A DNA stretch of 64,000 bases. Origin: Anthoceros angustus (lineage: Eukaryota > Plantae > Anthocerotophyta). The DNA lies in contig MU008155.1 of NCBI GenBank assembly GCA_010909165.1, forward strand, positions 496,001 through 560,000. Reading direction: 5' to 3'. Shown here piece by piece: positions 26,601 through 36,733 of this stretch. The position numbers were made by a program, and so were the translations under genes. Every line of letters begins with the position of its first letter. Position 1 is the first letter of the stretch. A model generated the notes under the pieces. The model saw only the letters and a list, made by a program, of their open reading frames with translations, ran no database searches and was not told the DNA's origin.

Positions 26601-27637
26601 ATCCGACTTCCGGTTACAGGAAACACAAAATCCATTTGGCCAATCCCACCTGCGAACCACGAGTTGGCGAGTCACCCGACCATTGTTCACTCTCACTTCC
26701 CAGGCTTCATGGTATGGCGCTGCGGCTTTCAAGGTCTTCTTTGGGGTCAATCACCAAGCTCCCATCCTCGATGCTTCGCCCCTGCTTTGCTCGAAGAGGC
26801 CAAATCCATTCTGCGGCCTTTTCCTCGCGTCACCCTCTTGCGACTTGGTCCTTAATTGCGGGCGCACTCTTGCACCAATGCGGGTCGTAGCACCATTTCT
26901 TCTCCATGAACTTGAGACCCGGCTCACGCAGCTCTACTCACTTTCCGATGGTCCATGTTGGGCCGCTGCGTGAGTAAATTTCGGCCGCGGCTCGGGCGCC
27001 ATCTCCTTCTCGTTGTCTCCCAAAACAAAACCTCGACTACCCTGCGGATCACGGTGAGAGAAAAAAATCGAGCCGCCCTGCGCGCTCCTTCCACGCCTCC
27101 TCGCGGGCGCGATTTCTCTCCTCCGCCTTTGTCACGATCGTCGCGCCTTCCTCCTGCAGTGAGGCGGTGATTTGGCTGGCGTGGTATGGCGCCCCTCTTC
27201 TTCTGACTCCGCTCGCCCCTCACGGAAAGTCGCGACCTCATGGTCTTGGGTGTGCCCTTCTCCCGATTCTCCGTGTGGTAGTCCCGCTCCGCCACTAGGG
27301 TTGTAAATTCCCACAGTGCATGCGTCCGTTTCTCGGCCACCGTGGTGGAACTAGCCACCACCCCTTGACTACCTGGCGTGGCATATTGTGAGCATCCCTA
27401 GCATATATAGACACCTTTTATTCTAAAATTCCCAATACCCAAGGACTCTATTTCTACCCCACCCCGGGGTCAAACCTAAGGGTCGAAAAATTATTATTAT
27501 CTCCAAGGGCCAAGGACCATTCCGTATAAAAGACGACTCGACGATTCTCAAAGCACTCTGCTATTCTAACACACCAAAACAAAAAAATCGTTCACCACGA
27601 CACTTGAGGCGGGGTTAGTTCACATGTGGTCTTCCAC
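20614..27637 (-). repeat. 5' LTR expanded to ~7.0 kb by two internal tandem duplications
   Basis: Same termini as the 3' LTR; the sequence jumps back at ~22447 and ~25447. Confidence 0.88.
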
Positions 27638-27640
27638 CAT

Positions 27641-29600
27641 GCTCTCTGAGCAGTTCATCTGATCGCCGCACTCACTTCCACCTCCACTGCGACCTCAGGC
27701 GATCAATGGCTGCTTGGCGAACACTTGAGGCATGGCATATCTTGAGCAGGAAATGCAGCGCGGCTCTTACCTTCAACCTGATGCGCCTCTTACAAAGCGT
27801 CTGTTTGTGGATGGGTTGGGCGTCTCTTGGCCTTTGACGCGCATAAGCGGAGTTATTGCATCGTGGGCCTCTTGCCACTTCGGTGAGGGCTTCAAACTCT
27901 TGCTCACATGCTTGGCGCTCCTTTCGGCCTGGCGGACTCTCGACAATCGCGGTGGTATCGTGTAGGCGTAGCAACTCCTCTTCGTCAAAGGGGTGGCGGA
28001 GGTTGGTAGAGGCCAAGTCTCCGGCAAGTCTTGAGGCTCCTATGGCAGGGTCGAGGCCGGGTCTATGTCTTCGGCGGCCGGGGCCTCGCGTGATATCCGT
28101 CGGCTATGGCTCTCTATTGTCCGAAACATCGTAAAGCTCCAACCCGGCTGGCAAAGGCTGCCGCACCAATCCCCTTTCATTGTCTGCTCCCATGTGCATG
28201 GCTTTCTCCATAATGTCAGCGTGGGCGCGTCAACAACTGCGTGGTCCGGATTCCCACCTTGGCGGCACTCGATCTTTACGCCTCCGCAAGATGGCGAAGA
28301 ACATTTTCGCCTCGCGCTCGAGCATTCCGTTTCACGCGCGCGGAAGATGGTGGCGACTTTCTTCGCATCCTCGGGATAGCAAGCGGTGCGCCATGCCGCC
28401 TACGCGCTTCGTCGTCGGGCAATGGGCCGCGGCGGAAAGGCCGCTCACGTTCACTTGCTCGGGGTGTTGGGGTGACGCTCACCCGCACCCGGAGAAGGCG
28501 TCGCCGTCCTTTCTTCCCGAGCGCTCATTTCCGTACCTGCCCTCCGCAATGCATTGAGAGCCCCGGCGATGATGGCCCTTGATGCCACACAGTGGCGGTA
28601 CCAGCGTCCGACGCATCCCGAACCATGTCGTCGCTCCACCGTGACTCCGTCGTCCGCATCCTCTTCCGGAGCGCACCCTCTTACGTCTTCCAACCGCTGA
28701 CTTTTGGTAGTTACGGAGCATGCGGCGTCATCGGGATCTGGGATCCCACACACATATAACGCCGCAAAGCGTTAAGCGCTCTCGGATGCGGTCTTTGGAG
28801 AGGAAAGGTGGCTGTGAGGGGCGGCGTCGGTGCTGCGGGCTTGCACCTTCGATTCGCTCGATGGGCGGCCGGGGCCCAAAATTTGCGGGCAAAGGCGGAA
28901 AGCGCCACAGTCGGCGCGGCGGCGGTGCAGGCTCGAACGAACCATCATACCCGCCCCACGGGCATGGCGGGGCGTGCAACTCGGCAGTGCAATCCGCAAC
29001 TCAATCCGCGACAAACCGCCTCTCCCCATCGGCGCTTGCCCTCGATGCCCATATATCGATTCTGCGGAACCGTGATCTTCAACTTCTTCATGTGCATCGC
29101 GCGACCATGCGCGCTTGAGCGCCATCCCCTTTCCCGTCTCCCCGCTGAGACCATTATCGGGTGATTGAAGCGTTGTGTCGGGGAATGTTTCAATCGCGGC
29201 GACCGTTGCCTCTTAGGCGCGCGAAGTGCGTTCCGCTTCCCTGAGAGGTTCCTACCCGCCCGATGCGCCACCTTGGGAAGTAGGCCTTGTGGCTACTTAC
29301 GGCCGCAGAGGACCGCGCCCGGCAGTGTCACAGCACACCCGCGGGCCCTGCTGCGTTCACGTCTAGCGCAAGTCTGCGGAGGCCGTCGAAGAAGCACAGG
29401 CACGAAGGTGGGCGTCCTTCCGATGGGGGTTACATTGGAAAACATTGTCATCTTCATCGTCGTCGTGTACCCAATCCTCCAAGATATCGTCACACGCAAT
29501 GCGACTCATTCAACTGCGGCGCTCGGGCCTTTCGTCGGTGGCCATGCCTACGGTCAGATTGCGGATCGCGGTGAAATTGAGATGTCCGCTGTGAACGGCT
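27641..29600 (-). pseudogene. MULE transposase A, 5' part
   Basis: Acidic N-terminus (DDILEDWVHDDDEDD), Cys-rich ECSSARRKCSSPSCGG..CRQG, ETPNPSTNRRFVRG. One frame is open across the reconstituted empty site (SDELLREHGYRKRLPPW). The true start is not defined. Confidence 0.45.
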
Positions 29601-31079
29601 CCGTTAGGAGTGATGTCTGAGACATCGGCGCGAGAGAAAGAAAGCCGGTGATCTCGGATGTCACATATCAATTGCAATAACCCTCCGGGCTGATGCGATC
29701 GCGTTCCCGCCCTCAACACTCCTCCTGCATGCCGAGAGAGGTCCGGGCCATTACTATGTGCAATCGCGCCCCCAAATCTTATCATCCCGCTCTTTGCGGA
29801 GACATAATTGGATGCTGTATCTTTGCATGGGAACATGTGCCCGTTATTAAAGCGGTGACGGGAGGCGGGCGCGCGCTTGCCCTCTCCAAGCAAGCGGCTG
29901 GCGGGATGTCGCCATTAAGTGCGATAAGGCGTGAAGGCGGCATGCGATTGAAGATAAACGCTATGAACCCGCGTGGGGCGCCCCTCCGCGCATGCGGGCG
30001 CGCGGTAAGGAAGGGTTGATGGGCACGCACGGGCCGAGACATTACGCAATGGGCGGAGGCTCCATATCGCGCTCCGTGGTTCGCAAAAGGTTCCGGATGT
30101 CTTGTACATTTTGCACGCAATGCACAGGAACAAGGCCACCCATGGAAGTGACCAGCCGCATGATGTGGCGCGAAGTGAAGGCCTGCCATTTCGTCAACTC
30201 CGAATGCAGGAAATGCCATTTGTCCTGTGCAATACATTGCATACACCTGATCGCATGCATTTATAGCGATATAGTCCCTGGCCTTCGGCTTACAAATGCC
30301 GGCTTTCAATTTTGTAACTCATTAAAACCAGCGGACATGGCAAATTTGTCAGTATTTTCATGTTCGCCTGGCCTTCGACACATAGGAGGCGGGTGAAGCG
30401 GTGGCCAGTATTTCTGTACCACCATCCTTGGGTTTTGGTGTACCATGAAAATGGACTTTGTATGCGATGCGGACAATGAAAACAAAGCCACCACTCAAAA
30501 CTAGCTCGAAATGAACTAACAACTCACGGAGAAAGAAGAACAAGTGTTTCATGCGAGTATAGAGGAAGCATAGCGAGAGAAAGAAGGATGGGAAGAACAT
30601 TCAATTCTTTGCGATTACAGTGGAAGGAGAAAGTTTGGATGCGAGCAAGAAAAATATGGGCCATGCGTCGCATCCTGGACATGTAGCGGAGAACAAGTTA
30701 CTCCGCTTGGCGAAGGAGTTTCACGTGCTAGAACACAATGTTAGAGGAGGGAACTATTGGAAAACACATTGTGCAGCATAATGATGGGATTTCACCTATC
30801 GGCTACATATATAGACATGTAGTTTGATTATGCCTATATGTCTATTTATGTCTCCATTCTGCCGATATAGACATGTATGACATATAAGTTAATATCCTTG
30901 GCATATGGCGAAGAAACATTATGGGATGATGCGAAGAAAACCATGGGAGAAGGAAAGAGGAGGGGAGAAAACAACCTCCTGTGACATGTTTGTTTCTCCC
31001 GTACTCCATATATAGCCATATGTTTCATATACATTATTACATGTATATTGCATATATGTGTACATATATTTTTTTCTTG

Positions 31080-32270
31080 ACTTATTCAAATAGCTCCTTG
31101 GCCTTTGGTGGAAGGGACATTGCATGCATTGGTTTTGGAAGGGAGGTGAAGAATGAATGTCTATATATGCGAGAGGAAGTAAAATTCGAACATGGTGGTC
31201 CACAAGTTTGGGTCCATTTTTTCTCTCCTCTATCCTTGGCACATTTCAAATTGTTCCATGCACCATAGGCAAAGTTCCTTGGCCCATGGCGAAGGAACTT
31301 TTTCCAGGGTGCATGTACAAGATTGCCTCCTTTTATTCCCCACTCCGTCGTTCCGCTATGACAATTTTTTTCCCATGAATTATTCAAATAGCTCCTTGGC
31401 CTTTGGTGGAAGGGACATTGCATGCCATGGTTTTTGGAAGTGAGGTGAAGAATGAATGTCTATATATGCAGGAGGAGAGTAAAATTCCAACATGGGGGTC
31501 CACAAGTTTGGGTCCATTATTTCCCTCCTCTACCGTAGGCACATTGCAAATTGTTCCATGCACCATGGACAAAGTTCCTTGGCCCATGGCGAAGGAACTT
31601 TTTCCAGGGTGCATGGAGAAGATTGCCTCCTTTTATTCCCATCTCCGTCGTTCCGATATGACAATTTTTTTCACATGAATTATTCAAAAACCTCCTTGGC
31701 CTTTGGTACAAGGGACACTGCATGCCATGGTTTTTGGAAGTGAGGTGAAGAATGAATGTCTATATATGCAGGAGGAAAGTAAAATTCCAACATGGTGGTC
31801 CACAAGTTTGGGTCCATTATTTCCCTCCTCTACCGTAGGCACATTGCAAATTGTTCCATGCACCATGGACAAAGTTCCTTGGCCCATGGCGAAGGAACTT
31901 TTTCCAGGGTGCATGGAAAAGCTTGCCTCCTTTTATTCCCCTCTCCGGCGTTCTAATATGACAATTTTTTTTGCCATGGTTTTTGAAAGAGGTGAAGAAT
32001 GAATGTCTGTATATGCCGGATGATCGTGAAATTCCAGTATGCTGGTGGTCATGTTGGGTTCCTGTTGTTCCCTCCGCTGTCATTGGCACATGGCACGTTG
32101 TTCCATGCAGCTTGGACAAATGTTATTGGCCTATGGCGAAGGAACCTTGGCCAGGATGCATGGAACAACTTGCCACCCTTTTTTCCCTTCTCTTTCACAT
32201 ATGACTTTTTTCCATGAACCATTGAAAAAGCTCCGGCCTTTGGTAGAAGTGACACCTGCATGCCTTAGGC
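31080..32270 (+). repeat. 300-bp tandem repeat, ~4 units, each with a 61-bp hairpin
   Basis: Units start at ~31081, 31380, 31680 and ~31975 (diverged); each has CCATGCACCATGGACAAAGTTCCTT-N11-AAGGAACTTTTTCCAGGGTGCATGG. Confidence 0.9.
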
Positions 32271-33899
32271 TTTCAAAGCGAGGGGATGCATGCATTAGTC
32301 TTTGAAAGAGAGGGGGTGGCGTATAAAGCACGTAGAATAGCAGATTGTATGCGGAACAGTAACCTAGCGCCCAAAGTCGTTGGCCACGTACATGGCGATT
32401 TGTTGTCATGGTTGTGCAGAACCACTGACAAGCGGCATGGAGCGTCGGCGGGACACCGTCCGTCGGCGGTTCCACTCGATAGAGGCGGTGAAGCGTTGGG
32501 ATGCCGATCCGATCTTTGAGATGGGAAGAACGGACGACATACCAAGGGCAAGGCGGGGAGGAAGCGGCCGGAAGAATGGCGGAAGGCGGAGACATCGGCG
32601 ACCGACGGCAGTGCATAAACGGGTGGTTGCCGCGGTGCGCGGTGTTGAGCGAATGGTGTGGAGGTGATTATCGTGCGATGGACACCTCGATTTCTCCTCT
32701 ACAGGGTGTAATGCGGAACATGTGGATGACGCGAACTCTGCCGGAAGTGTGAAGGATGGAGAGGGAAGGAGGCGAGTGCAGTGCGCGTGCTCTGGCTGGC
32801 CGGCGACAATGGGCAAGCGCTTTTCAGCAGTGCGCACATCCTTGGAATGGCGGAGGAGTTTGCCTTGGTGGCTAGTGGAAAAGCGAGGAGGTGGTGCGGA
32901 AGGTCAAGGGAGGACTTACAGTGCAACAGATCACAACACCAGTAGCCAGCGAAGGACGGTTGTAAATGCGTGGCAGTGCCGTCAGGAGGTGAAGCTCCGG
33001 TGGGACAAAGGGAAAGGAATCGGGAGGAGACGCGCCCAAGCGGGGATGGCCGTTAAGGGAAGGCGGAGGAGGAGGCGGGGAGTGGCATGGATGATGGGGA
33101 GGAGGACGCCTATGGTGTCGAGGTGCGGCGAGGAAGGTCTAGCAGACCATTTTGTTTGCTGTTGCTATTTTTGCTTGCTATGCGATCACAGTTATGAGCT
33201 TGCCATGTGTGCATGGTAATAGTAATATCTTGGCGGTGGCACGCGGTTTGTTTAATGTGGAAGACAGGTGACCCGGTCGGCGTCATTATATGCAATTGGT
33301 AGGAAACCCCGTAAAATGATTCGAATAGTGATGTGTTAGGCGGTCCAAGATACGCTCTGCGAGTGTCATGTGAAGAGGAAAGGGGTTGGCGGTTAAGGAC
33401 ACGAACACAAGGAGGGCCAAAAGGGTTGACAAATCGCTAGTGCACCTAAATGTCATGGTTGCCATGCGGGTTAGTCGAGCGGGGTGGCGACAATTGAGTT
33501 CATGACAGTGGCGAGCCGCGGCACGAAGCTAGATGCCAATTGCGGTCTTGGCATGCGAGAAAATTGCGTCCCGTCAAGGCGGCCCGATCAGCCGCCCCAT
33601 GCGAATATGGCAACCGGAGGCGGCCGCCACGGAGGGCGCCATCCCGCAAGGCCGGCGCAATTGGAAACAACGAACTGCAAAGGCGCGGTGGCGGGCGGGG
33701 GCGGGGTAAAGGCGAGGTCGGCAAGGAGGGGAGTGATGGAGAAGGAGACAAGCGAGCGTGGCGGGAAGCGGCGGAGCGGAGGCCCGGGACGGCGGCATGG
33801 TGCCGTCTTGTCGGCAGCAATAACCACTCTTCCTTGGCGGCGGCGGGGCGAAGGCGGCGGCGCGGGGAGAAGGGGAAGCGAGGGGAGAGCGTCCCTCCC

Positions 33900-35050
33900 C
33901 TTAGCCCATGGCGGCGGAGAGAGCGGCGAGCAGGGCCACAGGCGGGGAGGGCATCGTGCCCTCCCCATGGAGAAGGAGGCGGGCGGGGGGCGAGGCGCTC
34001 CCGGCGATGGGCGGCGGCAGGCGTGAGGCCCAGGCGGCGGGCGGGGCGGGAGGCACCGCCTCCCCATGTCCATGGAGGCGGGAGGCGGGGGGCGAGTCGC
34101 CCTCGGAGGGGGCAGCTGTGGCCTCCCCAGCGATGGAGGCTGCAGTGCAGGCGGCGCGGCGCGGGGGCAGCTGCCCTCCCCATGGAGAAGGAGTCGGGGC
34201 AGGGCGCCTCCCGGCGATGGAGGCGGCAGGGAGCCAGCGGCGCGCGGGGAGGCGATGCCTCCCCCAGGCCATGGAGAGAGGCGGGGAGGCGAGTCGCCCC
34301 GCCCTCGAAGAAAGGGGCAGCTGGCCTCCCGGCGATGGAGGGCTGCGGCGCAGCGGGGTGCCCAGGCGCAGCGGGCGGGGGCACGCCTCCCCATGGAGAA
34401 GGAGTCGGGCGGGCAGGCGGGCGCCTCCCGAGCGATGGGCGGCGGCAGAGTGCGGGGAGACCCTCCCCATGGATGGGCGGGGGCGGGAGGCAAAGGCGCC
34501 TCCGCCTCCAAGGAACGGGGGCCACTGGCCTCCCCATGGAGGCGGCGAGGCGGGGGCGGCAGGCGGAGCGGGCGGGGAGACATGCCCTCCCCATGGAGAA
34601 GGGGGGCGGGGGCAGAGGCGCCTCCCACAGATGGGCGGCGGGCAGGTGGGCCCAGGCGGCGGCGCAGCGGGGAGGCACATGCCCTCCCCATGTCCATGGC
34701 GGCGGGCGGGGAGGCGAGTCGCCCCGCCCTCGGAAAGGGGCAGCCTGGCCTCCCGGCGATGGGCTGCTGCCGCAGGGGTGCCGGCAGCCAGGCGCGGGGA
34801 GGGCGCCTCCCCATGGAGAAGGAGTCGGGCGGCAGAGGCGCCTCCCCGATGGAGGCGGCAGTGCATGGGGCCCAGCGGCGCGCGGGGAGGCGACGCCTCC
34901 CCATGGCCATGGAGGCGGGCGTGGAGGCGGAGCCGCCTCCGCCCTCGAAAGGGGCAGCTGGCCTCCCCGGCGATAGGCGGCGGTGGCGCGGGGAACCCGG
35001 CGTGAGGCGCAGCGGGGAGGCGGCTGCCCTCCCCATGGTGATGGACGTGG
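33900..35050 (+). repeat. GC-rich higher-order repeat (~210-bp period, built of ~35-45-bp CCTCCCC..ATGGAG sub-units)
   Basis: CCTCCCCATGGAGAAGG recurs at ~33960, 34176, 34387, 34587 and 34807. Confidence 0.85.
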
Positions 35051-35617
35051 AGGTGGGGCTGGGCGGAGGGAGCCCGTGGAGGCGTGGGGAGGCGGTTGCC
35101 CTCCGCGATGGCGGGGCGATCGCCCCGGCAGTGGCGAGAGGGAGAGGGAGCATTGCGCATTGGAGGAGGAAGGCAACCCGCCTTTGGGGACGGCAGGCGG
35201 AGGCGATTGCCGCCGAGGCCGAGGAGGAGGATGGAGGCTGCCTCACGGCGGCCCGGCCGAGGCCGAGCTCGGGCATGGCGGTGGCGATGCCATGTCACCG
35301 CCATGCCCGACCGAGGTCGGCCATGGTGGCGGGAGGGCGATAGCCGCCGAGACCGAGGCCGAGGGCTGGCGATGGCGGGATCGGCGGGGATGCGGAAGGC
35401 GGAGGCGGCCGCGTCGGGGCAGACGGCGAGCGCGGATCAGCGATCTCGGCAGTGGGGAGGCGCCCGGTCCGGTTGAGAAGGCGTATGGGAGGAATAACCA
35501 GTTCCATCGGTGGCCATCTCGGCGTGGAGGCGGTAAGCGAGGCTCGGGCGCCCGGGCGGAGGAGGCGGGAGGCTGCTGCGCGAGCTCCGCAGCGGTGGAG
35601 GACATCCGGCGTGCACA

Positions 35618-35645
35618 GAGGAGGAGGAGGAGGAGGAGGAGGAGG
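35618..35645 (+). repeat. (GGA)n microsatellite (also ~43997-44022)
   Basis: Directly visible. Confidence 0.9.
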
Positions 35646-36688
35646 TGGGAGCAACTCCGGTGGCGGTGGCGAGCGGAGGCCATGTCGGAAGAAGATGGAG
35701 GCGGTGCGGCTCAACCCCAACTCGGGCGAGCACAAGAGGAGGCGCGACTACGAGGAGTCGGACACGGTGTCCAGTGGCAGCGCCCGGCCGGTGCCTCAGC
35801 CCAATGCGGGCCGCTGCTGGGCGGGGGCCAACCCGGGAGGAGGCGATGAGCAGCGGAATGCTCGGCCGTCGAGGCCATGGAGGGCACAATTAAGGTTCCT
35901 CCCAGATGATCAAGCGCATGGAGGACGAGAGTAGGCGTCGTCATCCCTTGTCTTTGAGAGATGCATCGGTTTTGGTTTTGCATAGGGGCGAGCATGCGCC
36001 GTAGGAAGGCCGATGGGAGATAGGGTTTGATGCTAGCTGTGCAATTTTGCGATGTGTGCGGTGGACATCCTTTTTGATCAATGGCACCTTTGAAATTTGG
36101 CTCTTTGCACGCATAAACATTCTTGGCGAGGTTGTTGGGTGAGCAGGCGGTGGTGGTGGGTCGCCATCCCCTCTTCTGTTCGAGCCGCATCGTGCTTCTT
36201 CTTGTTTGAAAGAGGATCGTGGCTCTCATTGTTTCCAGCGCGGGTTCCTTAAGGAATACGGTCCCAAAGTCCATAGGCTGCGAGGAAGCGGCCGTGGGCT
36301 GTGCATGGTTCGCAAACCATGGCGTGCCATGGCCGCGGCCGTCATTACTGCGATACCCATGCGGCGGTAGTAGGGTTGTGAATCAAAGCGGCGCGGCGGC
36401 CGCGTTAGGGTTTGGTGGCCATTGGATTCCTCGAAGAAAACTTAATGGCACAAGGTAGTGCGGAAACATTCGAAAACATAGTGTCCGTCTCTTTGTTTTC
36501 AAAGGTGAAAGCACTGAAAATTTTCAAGGACACCCGTTTCGAGGACATTGTGTGTGTCCCCTTTGGTGCTTGGCCGCTCTTGGTTAGGGCGCCAAAGCGG
36601 CCATGTGGCCATGTGCTGTGAAAAAAGAAACCGTACTGGAATGTAGGGTATATTCCTCAACATCCCCACGCCTTGCATGGGTTTCGCG

Positions 36689-36733
36689 AAAAAAAAAATG
36701 TCCCATCCCCTCTGTCCCCTTTGGTATGCCATA
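36689..36733 (-). repeat. Right terminal inverted repeat, copy 1
   Basis: AAAAAAAATGTCCCATCCCCTCTGTCCCCTTTGGTATGCCATA followed by CATAGG. Confidence 0.85.

Larger units (their letters stand above)
10523..27637 (-). mobile_element. Full-length Ty3/gypsy LTR retrotransposon (non-chromovirus, Athila/Tat-like)
   Basis: LTR termini TGTGGAA...TTCCACA; PBS, PPT; order gag-PR-RT-RH-INT. TSD CCATG at 10518-10522 and (C)CATG at 27637-27641, with the right terminal CA apparently missing 2 bp. Confidence 0.92.
139..36733 (-). mobile_element. Giant TIR DNA transposon, Mutator/MULE-like, containing a nested gypsy element; the right end is repeated at 45104 by a tandem duplication
   Basis: Left end 139 TATGGCATACCAAAGAGGACAGAGGGGACGGACATTTTTTTT matches the reverse complement of 36689-36733 and 45065-45104. 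Flanked by CATAGG at 133-138 and 36734-36739 (also 45105-45110). Internal MULE-like transposase motifs on the minus strand. Confidence 0.75.

Noticed and set aside
10523-27637. Dating the insertion from LTR-LTR divergence, or declaring the element dead from its frameshifts
   Set aside because: Differences are mostly 1-3 bp indels typical of consensus error in repeats, so neither conclusion is safe.
31157-32217. Repeated ~70-100 aa ORFs in the 300-bp array
   Set aside because: Each unit contains stops, the frames are not preserved in the second copy, and no domain is recognisable.
31080-32270. CRISPR-like palindromic repeat array
   Set aside because: The sequence between hairpins is itself repeated rather than unique spacers, the period is 300 bp, there are no cas genes, and the context is eukaryotic.
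33484-35889. Long (450-560 aa) overlapping ORFs on both strands, also at 41883-43700
   Set aside because: They come from a GC-rich tandem repeat lacking stop codons. The products are A/P/R/G-rich without domains, and the two copies differ by frameshifts.
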